The translations under genes were made by a program, and so were the position numbers. A stretch of 57,429 bases of DNA. Origin: Nemertoderma westbladi (taxonomy: Eukaryota > Animalia > Xenacoelomorpha). The stretch's first letter is position 1, and the number at the start of each line of letters is the position of its first letter. The stretch lies in contig JAUCBJ010009000.1 of NCBI GenBank assembly GCA_032718475.1, positions 1-57,429 of the forward strand, read 5' to 3'. The notes beneath the pieces are model-generated. The model did not search any database and was not told the origin of the DNA. It saw only the letters and a list, made by a program, of their open reading frames with translations. Below are positions 18,801-33,800 of this stretch, in pieces.

Positions 18801-21800
18801 CTATACCAACAAACACCCAATCATGTTTGTTCCCCCGACTTTTGCAATCTCGTTCGAACGACGTTACAAAACTTTGGGAAACAAATCTAATTGGCTGGAG
18901 TGGTTTCTATACCAAAAAACACCCAATCATGTTTGTTCCCCCTACTTTTGCAAACTCGTTCGTACGACTTTACAAAACTTTGGGAAACAAATCTAATTGG
19001 CTGGAGTGGTTTCTATACCAACAAATACCCAACCAAGCTTGTTCCCCCAACCTTTGCAAACTCGTTTGAACGACTTTACAAAACTCTGGGATACAAATCT
19101 AATTGGTTGGAGTGGTTTCTATACCAAAAAACACCCAACCATGTTTGTTCCCCCAACCTTTGCAAACTCGTTTGAACGACTTTACAAAACTCGGGGAAAC
19201 AAATCTAATTGGCTGGAGTGGTTTCTATACCAAAAAACACCCAATCATGTTTGTTCCCCCGACTTTTGCAAACTCGTTCGAACGACTTTACAAAACTTTG
19301 GGAAACAAATCTAATTGGCTGGAGTGGTTTCTATACCAACAAACACCCAACCAAGCTTGTTCCCCCGACTTTTGCAAACTCATTCGAACGACTTTACAAA
19401 ACTTTGGGAAACAAATCTAATTGGCTGGAGTGGTTTCTATACCAACAAATACCCAACCAAGCTTGTTCCCCCAACCTTTGCAAACTCGTTTGAACGACTT
19501 TACAAAACTCTGGGATACAAATCTAATTGGCTGGAGTGGTTTCTATACCAACAAACACCCAATCATGTTTGTTCCCCCGACTTTTGCAAACTCGTTCGTA
19601 CGACTTTACAAAACTCTGGGATACAAATCGAATTGGTTGGAGTGGTTTCTATACCAAAAAACACCCATTCATGTTTGTTCCCCCGACTTTTGCAAACTCG
19701 TTCGTACGACTTTACAAAACTTTGGGAAACAAATCTAATTGGCTGGAGTGGTTTCTATACCAACAAACACCCAATCAAGTTTGTTCCCCCAACCTTTGCA
19801 AACTCGTTTGAACGACTTTACAAAACTCAGGGAAACAAATCTAATTGGCTGGAGTTGTTTCTATACCAACAAACACCCAATCATGTTTGTTCCCCCGACT
19901 TTTGCAAACTCGTTCGAACGACTTTACAAAACTTTGGGAAACAAATCTAATTGGCTGGAGTGGTTTCTATACCAACAAACACCCAACCAAGCTTGTTCCC
20001 CCGACTTTTGCAAACTCATTCGAACGACTTTACAAAACTTTGGGAAACAAATCTAATTGGCTGGAGTGGTTTCTATACCAACAAATACCCAACCAAGCTT
20101 GTTCCTCCAACCTTTGCAAACTCGTTTGAACGACTTTACAAAACTCTGGGATACAAATCTAATTGGCTGGAGTGGTTTCTATACCAACAAACACCCAATC
20201 ATGTTTGTTCCCCCGACTTTTGCAAACTCGTTCGTACGACTTTACAAAACTCTGGGATACAAATCGAATTGGTTGGAGTGGTTTCTATACCAAAAAACAC
20301 CCATTCATGTTTGTTCCCCCGACTTTTGCAAACTCGTTCGTACGACTTTACAAAACTTTAGGAAACAAATCTAATTGGCTGGAGTGGTTTCTATACCAAC
20401 AAACACCCAATCAAGTTTGTTCCCCCAACCTTTGCAAACTCGTTTGAACGACTTTACAAAACTCAGGGAAACAAATCTAATTGGCTGGAGTGGTTTCTAT
20501 ACCAACAAACACCCAATCATGTTTGTTCCCCCGACTTTTGCAAACTCGTTCGTACGACTTTACAAAACTTTGGGAAACAAATCTAATTGGCTGGAGTGGT
20601 TTCTATACCAACAAACACCCAATCATGTTTGTTCCCCCGACTTTTGCAAACTCGTTCGTACGACTTTACAAAACTTTGGGAAACAAATCTAATTGGCTGG
20701 AGTGGTTTCTATACCAAAAAACACCCAATCATGTTTGTTCCCCCGACTTTTGCAAACTCGTTCGTACGACTTTACAAAACTCTGGGAAACAAATCTAATT
20801 GGCTGGAGTGGTTTCTATACCAACAAATACCCAACCAAGCTTGTTCCCCCAACCTTTGCAAACTCGTTTGAACGACTTTACAAAACTCTGAGATACAAAT
20901 CTAATTGGCTGGAGTGGTTTCTATACCAAAAAACACCCAATCATGTTTGTTCCCCCGACTTTTGCAAACTCGTTTGAACGACTTACAAAACTTTGGGAAA
21001 CAAATCTAATTGGCTGGAGTGGTTTCTATACCAAAAAACACCCAATCATGTTTGTTCCCCCGACTTTTGCAAACTCGTTCGTACGACTTTACAAAACTCT
21101 GGGAAACAAATCTAATTGGCTGGAGTGGTTTCTATACCAACAAATACCCAACCAAGCTTGTTCCCCCAACCTTTGCAAACTCGTTTGAACGACTTTACAA
21201 AACTCTGGGATACAAATCTAATTGGCTGGAGTGGTTTCTATACCAAAAAACACCCAATCATGTTTGTTCCCCCGACTTTTGCAAACTCGTTCGTACGACT
21301 TTACAAAACTTTGGGAAACAAATCTAATTGGCTGGAGTGGTTTCTATACCAACAAATACCCAACCAAGCTTGTTCCCCCAACCTTTGCAAACTCGTTTGA
21401 ACGACTTTACAAAACTCTGGGATACAAATCTAATTGGCTGGAGTGGTTTCTATACCAACAAACACCCAATCATGTTTGTTCCCCCGACTTTTGCAAACTC
21501 GTTCGAACGACTTTACAAAACTAAGGGAAACAAATCTAATTGGCTGGAGTGGTTTCTATACCAACAAACACTCAATCATGTTTGTTCCCCCTACTTTTGC
21601 AAACTCGTTCGAACGACTTTACAATACTTTGGGAAACAAATCTAATTGGCTGGAGTGGTTTCTATACCAACAAACACCCAATCATGTTTGTTCCCCCTAC
21701 TTTTGCAAACTCGTTCGAACGACTTTACAATACTTTGGGAAACAAATCTAATTGGCTGGAGTGGTTTCTATACCAACAAATACCCAACCAAGCTTGTTCC

Positions 21801-24800
21801 CCCAACCTTTGCAAACTCGGTTGAACGACTTTACAAAACTCTGGGATACAAATCTAATTGGCTGGAGTGGTTTCTATACCAAAAAACACCCAATCATGTT
21901 TGTTCCCCCGACTTTTGCAAACTCGTTCGAACGACTTTACAATACTTTGGGAAACAAATCTAATTGGCTGGAGTGGTTTCTATACCAAAAAACACCCAAT
22001 CAAGTTTGTTCCCCCGACTTTTGCAAACTCGTTCGAACGACTTTACAAAACTCTGGGATACAAATCTAATTGGCTGGAGTGGTTTCCATACCAACAAACA
22101 CCCAATCAAGTTTGTTCCCCCGACTTTTGCAAACTCGTTCGAACGACTTTACAAAACTCTGGGATACAAATCTAATTGGCTGGAGTGGTTTCCATACCAA
22201 CAAACACCCAATCAAGTTTGTTCCCCCGACTTTTGCAAACTCGTCCGTACGACTTTACAAAACTTTGGGAAACAAATCTAATTGGCTGGAGTGGTTTCTA
22301 TACCAAAAAACACCCAATCAAGTTTGTTCCCCCGACTTTTGCAAACTCGTTCGAACGACTTTACAAAACTCTGGGATACAAATCTAATTGGCTGGAGTGG
22401 TTTCCATACCAACAAACACCCAATCAAGTTTGTTCCCCCGACTTTTGCAAACTCGTTCGTACGACTTTACAAAACTCAGGGAAACAAATCTAATTGGCTG
22501 GAGTGGTTTCTATACCAAAAAACACCCAATCAAGTTTGTTCCCCCGACTTTTGCAAACTCGTTCGTACGACTTTACAAAACTCAGGGAAACAAATCTAAT
22601 TGGCTGGAGTGGTTTCTATACCAAAAAACACCCAATCAAGTTTGTTCCCCCGACTTTTGCAAACTCGTTCGAACGACTTTACAAAACTCTGGGATACAAA
22701 TCTAATTGGCTGGAGTGGTTTCCATACCAACAAACACCCAATCAAGTTTGTTCCCCCGACTTTTGCAAACTCGTTCGAACGACTTTACAAAACTCTGGGA
22801 TACAAATCTAATTGGCTGGAGTGGTTTCCATACCAACAAACACCCAATCAAGTTTGTTCCCCCGACTTTTGCAAACTCGTTCGTACGACTTTACAAAACT
22901 TTGGGAAACAAATCTAATTGGCTGGAGTGGTTTCTATACCAACAAATACCCAACCAAGCTTGTTCCCCCAACCTTTGCAAACTCGTTTGAACGACTTTAC
23001 AAAACTTTGGGAAACAAATCTAATTGGCTGGAGTGGTTTCTATACCAAAAAACACCCAATCATGTTTGTTCCCCCGACTTTTGCAAACTCGTTTGAACGA
23101 CTTTACAAAACTTTGGGAAACAAATCTAATTGGCTGGAGTGGTTTCTATACCAACAAATACCCAACCAAGCTTGTTCCCCCAACCTTTGCAAACTCGTTT
23201 GAACGACTTTACAAAACTCTGGGATACAAATCTAATTGGCTGGAGTGGTTTCTATACCAACAAACACCCAATCATGTTTGTTCCCCCGACTTTTGCAAAC
23301 TCGTTCGTACGACTTTACAAAACTTTGGGAAACAAATCTAATTGGCTGGAGTGGTTTCTATACCAACAAACACCCAATCAAGTTTGTTCCCCCAACCTTT
23401 GCAAACTCGTTTGAACGACTTTACAAAACTCAGGGAAACAAATCTAATTGGCTGGAGTGGTTTCTATACCAACAAACACCCAATCATGTTTGTTCCCCCG
23501 ACTTTTGCAAACTCGTTCGTACGACTTTACAAAACTTTGGGAAACAAATCTATTTGGCTGGAGTGGTTTCTATACCAACAAACACCCAATCATGTTTGTT
23601 CCCCCGACTTTTGCAAACTCGTTCGTACGACTTTACAAAACTTTGGGAAACAAATCTAATTGGCTGGAGTGGTTTCTATACCAAAAAACACCCAATCATG
23701 TTTGTTCCCCCGACTTTTGCAAACTCGTTCGTACGACTTTACAAAACTCTGGGAAACAAATCTAATTGGCTGGAGTGGTTTCTATACCAACAAATACCCA
23801 ACCAAGCTTGTTCCCCCAACCTTTGCAAACTCGTTTGAACGACTTTACAAAACTCTGGGATACAAATCTAATTGGCTGGAGTGGTTTCTATACCAACAAA
23901 CACCCAATCATGTTTGTTCCCCCGACTTTTGCAAACTCGTTTGAACGACTTACAAAACTTTGGGAAACAAATCTAATTGGCTGGAGTGGTTTCTATACCA
24001 AAAAACACCCAATCATGTTTGTTCCCCCGACTTTTGCAAACTCGTTCGTACGACTTTACAAAACTCTGGGAAACAAATCTAATTGGCTGGAGTGGTTTCT
24101 ATACCAACAAATACCCAACCAAGCTTGTTCCCCCAACCTTTGCAAACTCGTTTGAACGACTTTACAAAACTCTGGGATACAAATCTAATTGGCTGGAGTG
24201 GTTTCTATACCAAAAAACACCCAATCATGTTTGTTCCCCCGACTTTTGCAAACTCGTTCGAACGACTTTACAAAACTTTGGGAAACAAATCTAATTGGCT
24301 GGAGTGGTTTCTATACCAAAAAACACCCAATCATGTTTGTTCCCCCGACTTTTGCAAACTCGTTCGAACGACTTTACAAAACTTTGGGAAACAAATCTAA
24401 TTGGCTGGAGTGGTTTCTATACCAAAAAACACCCAATCATGTTTGTTCCCCCGACTTTTGCAAACTCGTTCGTACGACTTTACAAAACTCTGGGATACAA
24501 ATCTAATTGGCTGGAGTGGTTTCTATACCAAAAAACACCCAATCATGTTTGTTCCCCCGACTTTTGCAAACTCGTTCGTACGACTTTACAAAACTTTGGG
24601 AAACAAATCTAATTGGCTGGAGTGGTTTCTATACCAACAAACACCCAATCATGTTTGTTCCCCCGACTTTTGCAAACTCGTTCGTACGACTTTACAAAAC
24701 TTTGGGAAACAAATCTAATTGGCTGGAGTGGTTTCTATACCAAAAAACACCCAATCATGTTTGTTCCCCCGACTTTTGCAAACTCGTTCGTACGACTTTA

Positions 24801-27800
24801 CAAAACTCTGGGAAACAAATCTAATTGGCTGGAGTGGTTTCTATACCAACAAACACCCAACCAAGCTTGTTCCCCCAACCTTTGCAAACTCGTTTGAACG
24901 ACTTTACAAAACTCTGGGATACAAATCTAATTGGCTGGAGTGGTTTCTATACCAAAAAACACCCAATCATGTTTGTTCCCCCGACTTTTGCAAACTCGTT
25001 CGTACGACTTTACAAAACTTTGGGAAACAAATCTAATTGGCTGGAGTGGTTTCTATACCAAAAAACACCCAATCATGTTTGTTCCCCCGACTTTTGCAAA
25101 CTCGTTCGTACGACTTTACAAAACTCTGGGAAACAAATCTAATTGGCTGGAGTGGTTTCTATACCAACAAATACCCAACCAAGCTTGTTCCCCCAACCTT
25201 TGCAAACTCGTTTGAACGACTTTACAAAACTCTGGGATACAAATCTAATTGGCTGGAGTGGTTTCTATACCAAAAAACACCCAATCATGTTTGTTCCCCC
25301 GACTTTTGCAAACTCGTTTGAACGACTTACAAAACTTTGGGAAACAAATCTAATTGGCTGGAGTGGTTTCTATACCAAAAAACACCCAATCATGTTTGTT
25401 CCCCCGACTTTTGCAAACTCGTTCGTACGACTTTACAAAACTCTGGGAAACAAATCTAATTGGCTGGAGTGGTTTCTATACCAAAAAACACCCAATCATG
25501 TTTGTTCCCCCGACTTTTGCAAACTCGTTCGTACGACTTTACAAAACTTTGGGAAACAAATCTAATTGGCTGGAGTGGTTTCTATACCAACAAATACCCA
25601 ACCAAGCTTGTTCCCCCAACCTTTGCAAACTCGTTTGAACGACTTTACAAAACTCTGGGATACAAATCTAATTGGTTGGAGTGGTTTCTATACCAACAAA
25701 CACCCAATCATGTTTGTTCCCCCGACTTTTGCAAACTCGTTCGAACGACTTTACAAAACTTTGGGAAACAAATCTAATTGGCTGGAGTGGTTTCTATACC
25801 AACAAACACCCAACCAAGCTTGTTCCCCCGACTTTTGCAAACTCATTCGAACGACTTTACAAAACTTTGGGAAACAAATCTAATTGGCTGGAGTGGTTTC
25901 TATACCAACAAACACCCAATCATGTTTGTTCCCCCGACTTTTGCAAACTCGTTCGAACGACTTTACAAAACTTTGGGAAACAAATCTAATTGGCTGGAGT
26001 GGTTTCTATACCAACAAACACCCAACCAAGCTTGTTCCCCCGACTTTTGCAAACTCATTCGAACGACTTTACAAAACTTTGGGAAACAAATCTAATTGGC
26101 TGGAGTGGTTTCTATACCAACAAATACCCAACCAAGCTTGTTCCCCCAACCTTTGCAAACTCGTTTGAACGACTTTACAAAACTCTGGGATACAAATCTA
26201 ATTGGCTGGAGTGGTTTCTATACCAACAAACACCCAATCATGTTTGTTCCCCCGACTTTTGCAAACTCGTTCGTACGACTTTACAAAACTCTGGGATACA
26301 AATCGAATTGGTTGGAGTGGTTTCTATACCAAAAAACACCCATTCATGTTTGTTCCCCCGACTTTTGCAAACTCGTTCGTACGACTTTACAAAACTTTGG
26401 GAAACAAATCTAATTGGCTGGAGTGGTTTCTATACCAACAAACACCCAATCAAGTTTGTTCCCCCAACCTTTGCAAACTCGTTTGAACGACTTTACAAAA
26501 CTCAGGGAAACAAATCTAATTGGCTGGAGTTGTTTCTATACCAACAAACACCCAATCATGTTTGTTCCCCCGACTTTTGCAAACTCGTTCGAACGACTTT
26601 ACAAAACTTTGGGAAACAAATCTAATTGGCTGGAGTGGTTTCTATACCAACAAACACCCAACCAAGCTTGTTCCCCCGACTTTTGCAAACTCATTCGAAC
26701 GACTTTACAAAACTTTGGGAAACAAATCTAATTGGCTGGAGTGGTTTCTATACCAACAAATACCCAACCAAGCTTGTTCCCCCAACCTTTGCAAACTCGT
26801 TTGAACGACTTTACAAAACTCTGGGATACAAATCTAATTGGCTGGAGTGGTTTCTATACCAACAAACACCCAATCATGTTTGTTCCCCCGACTTTTGCAA
26901 ACTCGTTCGTACGACTTTACAAAACTCTGGGATACAAATCGAATTGGTTGGAGTGGTTTCTATACCAAAAAACACCCATTCATGTTTGTTCCCCCGACTT
27001 TTGCAAACTCGTTCGTACGACTTTACAAAACTTTAGGAAACAAATCTAATTGGCTGGAGTGGTTTCTATACCAACAAACACCCAATCAAGTTTGTTCCCC
27101 CAACCTTTGCAAACTCGTTTGAACGACTTTACAAAACTCAGGGAAACAAATCTAATTGGCTGGAGTGGTTTCTATACCAACAAACACCCAATCATGTTTG
27201 TTCCCCCGACTTTTGCAAACTCGTTCGTACGACTTTACAAAACTTTGGGAAACAAATCTAATTGGCTGGAGTGGTTTCTATACCAACAAACACCCAATCA
27301 TGTTTGTTCCCCCGACTTTTGCAAACTCGTTCGTACGACTTTACAAAACTTTGGGAAACAAATCTAATTGGCTGGAGTGGTTTCTATACCAAAAAACACC
27401 CAATCATGTTTGTTCCCCCGACTTTTGCAAACTCGTTCGTACGACTTTACAAAACTCTGGGAAACAAATCTAATTGGCTGGAGTGGTTTCTATACCAACA
27501 AATACCCAACCAAGCTTGTTCCCCCAACCTTTGCAAACTCGTTTGAACGACTTTACAAAACTCTGGGATACAAATCTAATTGGCTGGAGTGGTTTCTATA
27601 CCAAAAAACACCCAATCATGTTTGTTCCCCCGACTTTTGCAAACTCGTTTGAACGACTTACAAAACTTTGGGAAACAAATCTAATTGGCTGGAGTGGTTT
27701 CTATACCAAAAAACACCCAATCATGTTTGTTCCCCCGACTTTTGCAAACTCGTTCGTACGACTTTACAAAACTCTGGGAAACAAATCTAATTGGCTGGAG

Positions 27801-30800
27801 TGGTTTCTATACCAACAAATACCCAACCAAGCTTGTTCCCCCAACCTTTGCAAACTCGTTTGAACGACTTTACAAAACTCTGGGATACAAATCTAATTGG
27901 CTGGAGTGGTTTCTATACCAAAAAACACCCAATCATGTTTGTTCCCCCGACTTTTGCAAACTCGTTCGTACGACTTTACAAAACTTTGGGAAACAAATCT
28001 AATTGGCTGGAGTGGTTTCTATACCAACAAATACCCAACCAAGCTTGTTCCCCCAACCTTTGCAAACTCGTTTGAACGACTTTACAAAACTCGGGGATAC
28101 AAATCTAATTGGCTGGAGTGGTTTCTATACCAACAAACACCCAATCATGTTTGTTCCCCCGACTTTTGCAAACTCGTTCGAACGACTTTACAAAACTAAG
28201 GGAAACAAATCTAATTGGCTGGAGTGGTTTCTATACCAACAAACACTCAATCATGTTTGTTCCCCCTACTTTTGCAAACTCGTTCGAACGACTTTACAAT
28301 ACTTTGGGAAACAAATCTAATTGGCTGGAGTGGTTTCTATACCAACAAACACCCAATCATGTTTGTTCCCCCTACTTTTGCAAACTCGTTCGAACGACTT
28401 TACAATACTTTGGGAAACAAATCTAATTGGCTGGAGTGGTTTCTATACCAACAAATACCCAACCAAGCTTGTTCCCCCAACCTTTGCAAACTCGGTTGAA
28501 CGACTTTACAAAACTCTGGGATACAAATCTAATTGGCTGGAGTGGTTTCTATACCAACAAACACCCAATCAAGTTTGTTCCCCCGACTTTTGCAAACTCG
28601 TTCGTACGACTTTACAAAACTTTGGGAAACAAATCTAATTGGCTGGAGTGGTTTCTATACCAAAAAACACCCAATCAAGTTTGTTCCCCCGACTTTTGCA
28701 AACTCGTTCGAACGACTTTACAAAACTCTGGGATACAAATCTAATTGGCTGGAGTGGTTTCCATACCAACAAACACCCAATCAAGTTTGTTCCCCCGACT
28801 TTTGCAAACTCGTTCGTACGACTTTACAAAACTCAGGGAAACAAATCTAATTGGCTGGAGTGGTTTCTATACCAAAAAACACCCAATCAAGTTTGTTCCC
28901 CCGACTTTTGCAAACTCGTTCGTACGACTTTACAAAACTCAGGGAAACAAATCTAATTGGCTGGAGTGGTTTCTATACCAAAAAACACCCAATCAAGTTT
29001 GTTCCCCCGACTTTTGCAAACTCGTTCGAACGACTTTACAAAACTCTGGGATACAAATCTAATTGGCTGGAGTGGTTTCCATACCAACAAACACCCAATC
29101 AAGTTTGTTCCCCCGACTTTTGCAAACTCGTTCGAACGACTTTACAAAACTCTGGGATACAAATCTAATTGGCTGGAGTGGTTTCCATACCAACAAACAC
29201 CCAATCAAGTTTGTTCCCCCGACTTTTGCAAACTCGTTCGTACGACTTTACAAAACTTTGGGAAACAAATCTAATTGGCTGGAGTGGTTTCTATACCAAC
29301 AAATACCCAACCAAGCTTGTTCCCCCAACCTTTGCAAACTCGTTTGAACGACTTTACAAAACTTTGGGAAACAAATCTAATTGGCTGGAGTGGTTTCTAT
29401 ACCAAAAAACACCCAATCATGTTTGTTCCCCCGACTTTTGCAAACTCGTTTGAACGACTTTACAAAACTTTGGGAAACAAATCTAATTGGCTGGAGTGGT
29501 TTCTATACCAACAAATACCCAACCAAGCTTGTTCCCCCAACCTTTGCAAACTCGTTTGAACGACTTTACAAAACTCTGGGATACAAATCTAATTGGCTGG
29601 AGTGGTTTCTATACCAACAAACACCCAATCATGTTTGTTCCCCCGACTTTTGCAAACTCGTTCGTACGACTTTACAAAACTTTGGGAAACAAATCTAATT
29701 GGCTGGAGTGGTTTCTATACCAACAAACACCCAATCAAGTTTGTTCCCCCAACCTTTGCAAACTCGTTTGAACGACTTTACAAAACTCAGGGAAACAAAT
29801 CTAATTGGCTGGAGTGGTTTCTATACCAACAAACACCCAATCATGTTTGTTCCCCCGACTTTTGCAAACTCGTTCGTACGACTTTACAAAACTTTGGGAA
29901 ACAAATCTAATTGGCTGGAGTGGTTTCTATACCAACAAACACCCAATCATGTTTGTTCCCCCGACTTTTGCAAACTCGTTCGTACGACTTTACAAAACTT
30001 TGGGAAACAAATCTAATTGGCTGGAGTGGTTTCTATACCAAAAAACACCCAATCATGTTTGTTCCCCCGACTTTTGCAAACTCGTTCGTACGACTTTACA
30101 AAACTCTGGGAAACAAATCTAATTGGCTGGAGTGGTTTCTATACCAACAAATACCCAACCAAGCTTGTTCCCCCAACCTTTGCAAACTCGTTTGAACGAC
30201 TTTACAAAACTCTGGGATACAAATCTAATTGGCTGGAGTGGTTTCTATACCAACAAACACCCAATCATGTTTGTTCCCCCGACTTTTGCAAACTCGTTTG
30301 AACGACTTACAAAACTTTGGGAAACAAATCTAATTGGCTGGAGTGGTTTCTATACCAAAAAACACCCAATCATGTTTGTTCCCCCGACTTTTGCAAACTC
30401 GTTCGTACGACTTTACAAAACTCTGGGAAACAAATCTAATTGGCTGGAGTGGTTTCTATACCAACAAATACCCAACCAAGCTTGTTCCCCCAACCTTTGC
30501 AAACTCGTTTGAACGACTTTACAAAACTCTGGGATACAAATCTAATTGGCTGGAGTGGTTTCTATACCAAAAAACACCCAATCATGTTTGTTCCCCCGAC
30601 TTTTGCAAACTCGTTCGAACGACTTTACAAAACTTTGGGAAACAAATCTAATTGGCTGGAGTGGTTTCTATACCAAAAAACACCCAATCATGTTTGTTCC
30701 CCCGACTTTTGCAAACTCGTTCGAACGACTTTACAAAACTTTGGGAAACAAATCTAATTGGCTGGAGTGGTTTCTATACCAAAAAACACCCAATCATGTT

Positions 30801-33800
30801 TGTTCCCCCGACTTTTGCAAACTCGTTCGTACGACTTTACAAAACTTTGGGAAACAAATCTAATTGGCTGGAGTGGTTTCTATACCAAAAAACACCCAAT
30901 CATGTTTGTTCCCCCGACTTTTGCAAACTCGTTCGTACGACTTTACAAAACTCTGGGAAACAAATCTAATTGGCTGGAGTGGTTTCTATACCAACAAATA
31001 CCCAACCAAGCTTGTTCCCCCAACCTTTGCAAACTCGTTTGAACGACTTTACAAAACTCTGGGATACAAATCTAATTGGCTGGAGTGGTTTCTATACCAA
31101 CAAACACCCAATCATGTTTGTTCCCCCGACTTTTGCAAACTCGTTTGAACGACTTACAAAACTTTGGGAAACAAATCTAATTGGCTGGAGTGGTTTCTAT
31201 ACCAAAAAACACCCAATCATGTTTGTTCCCCCGACTTTTGCAAACTCGTTCGTACGACTTTACAAAACTCTGGGAAACAAATCTAATTGGCTGGAGTGGT
31301 TTCTATACCAACAAATACCCAACCAAGCTTGTTCCCCCAACCTTTGCAAACTCGTTTGAACGACTTTACAAAACTCTGGGATACAAATCTAATTGGCTGG
31401 AGTGGTTTCTATACCAAAAAACACCCAATCATGTTTGTTCCCCCGACTTTTGCAAACTCGTTCGAACGACTTTACAAAACTTTGGGAAACAAATCTAATT
31501 GGCTGGAGTGGTTTCTATACCAAAAAACACCCAATCATGTTTGTTCCCCCGACTTTTGCAAACTCGTTCGTACGACTTTACAAAACTCTGGGATACAAAT
31601 CTAATTGGCTGGAGTGGTTTCTATACCAAAAAACACCCAATCATGTTTGTTCCCCCGACTTTTGCAAACTCGTTCGTACGACTTTACAAAACTTTGGGAA
31701 ACAAATCTAATTGGCTGGAGTGGTTTCTATACCAACAAACACCCAATCATGTTTGTTCCCCCGACTTTTGCAAACTCGTTCGTACGACTTTACAAAACTT
31801 TGGGAAACAAATCTAATTGGCTGGAGTGGTTTCTATACCAAAAAACACCCAATCATGTTTGTTCCCCCGACTTTTGCAAACTCGTTCGTACGACTTTACA
31901 AAACTCTGGGAAACAAATCTAATTGGCTGGAGTGGTTTCTATACCAACAAATACCCAACCAAGCTTGTTCCCCCAACCTTTGCAAACTCGTTTGAACGAC
32001 TTTACAAAACTCTGGGATACAAATCTAATTGGCTGGAGTGGTTTCTATACCAAAAAACACCCAATCATGTTTGTTCCCCCGACTTTTGCAAACTCGTTTG
32101 AACGACTTACAAAACTTTGGGAAACAAATCTAATTGGCTGGAGTGGTTTCTATACCAAAAAACACCCAATCATGTTTGTTCCCCCGACTTTTGCAAACTC
32201 GTTCGTACGACTTTACAAAACTCTGGGAAACAAATCTAATTGGCTGGAGTGGTTTCTATACCAACAAATACCCAACCAAGCTTGTTCCCCCAACCTTTGC
32301 AAACTCGTTTGAACGACTTTACAAAACTCTGGGATACAAATCTAATTGGCTGGAGTGGTTTCTATACCAAAAAACACCCAATCATGTTTGTTCCCCCGAC
32401 TTTTGCAAACTCGTTTGAACGACTTACAAAACTTTGGGAAACAAATCTAATTGGCTGGAGTGGTTTCTATACCAAAAAACACCCAATCATGTTTGTTCCC
32501 CCGACTTTTGCAAACTCGTTCGTACGACTTTACAAAACTCTGGGAAACAAATCTAATTGGCTGGAGTGGTTTCTATACCAAAAAACACCCAATCATGTTT
32601 GTTCCCCCGACTTTTGCAAACTCGTTCGTACGACTTTACAAAACTTTGGGAAACAAATCTAATTGGCTGGAGTGGTTTCTATACCAACAAATACCCAACC
32701 AAGCTTGTTCCCCCAACCTTTGCAAACTCGTTTGAACGACTTTACAAAACTCTGGGATACAAATCTAATTGGTTGGAGTGGTTTCTATACCAACAAACAC
32801 CCAATCATGTTTGTTCCCCCGACTTTTGCAAACTCGTTCGAACGACTTTACAAAACTTTGGGAAACAAATCTAATTGGCTGGAGTGGTTTCTATACCAAC
32901 AAACACCCAACCAAGCTTGTTCCCCCGACTTTTGCAAACTCATTCGAACGACTTTACAAAACTTTGGGAAACAAATCTAATTGGCTGGAGTGGTTTCTAT
33001 ACCAACAAACACCCAATCATGTTTGTTCCCCCGACTTTTGCAAACTCGTTCGAACGACTTTACAAAACTTTGGGAAACAAATCTAATTGGCTGGAGTGGT
33101 TTCTATACCAACAAACACCCAACCAAGCTTGTTCCCCCGACTTTTGCAAACTCATTCGAACGACTTTACAAAACTTTGGGAAACAAATCTAATTGGCTGG
33201 AGTGGTTTCTATACCAACAAATACCCAACCAAGCTTGTTCCCCCAACCTTTGCAAACTCGTTTGAACGACTTTACAAAACTCTGGGATACAAATCTAATT
33301 GGCTGGAGTGGTTTCTATACCAACAAACACCCAATCATGTTTGTTCCCCCGACTTTTGCAAACTCGTTCGTACGACTTTACAAAACTCTGGGATACAAAT
33401 CGAATTGGTTGGAGTGGTTTCTATACCAAAAAACACCCATTCATGTTTGTTCCCCCGACTTTTGCAAACTCGTTCGTACGACTTTACAAAACTTTGGGAA
33501 ACAAATCTAATTGGCTGGAGTGGTTTCTATACCAACAAACACCCAATCAAGTTTGTTCCCCCAACCTTTGCAAACTCGTTTGAACGACTTTACAAAACTC
33601 AGGGAAACAAATCTAATTGGCTGGAGTTGTTTCTATACCAACAAACACCCAATCATGTTTGTTCCCCCGACTTTTGCAAACTCGTTCGAACGACTTTACA
33701 AAACTTTGGGAAACAAATCTAATTGGCTGGAGTGGTTTCTATACCAACAAACACCCAACCAAGCTTGTTCCCCCGACTTTTGCAAACTCATTCGAACGAC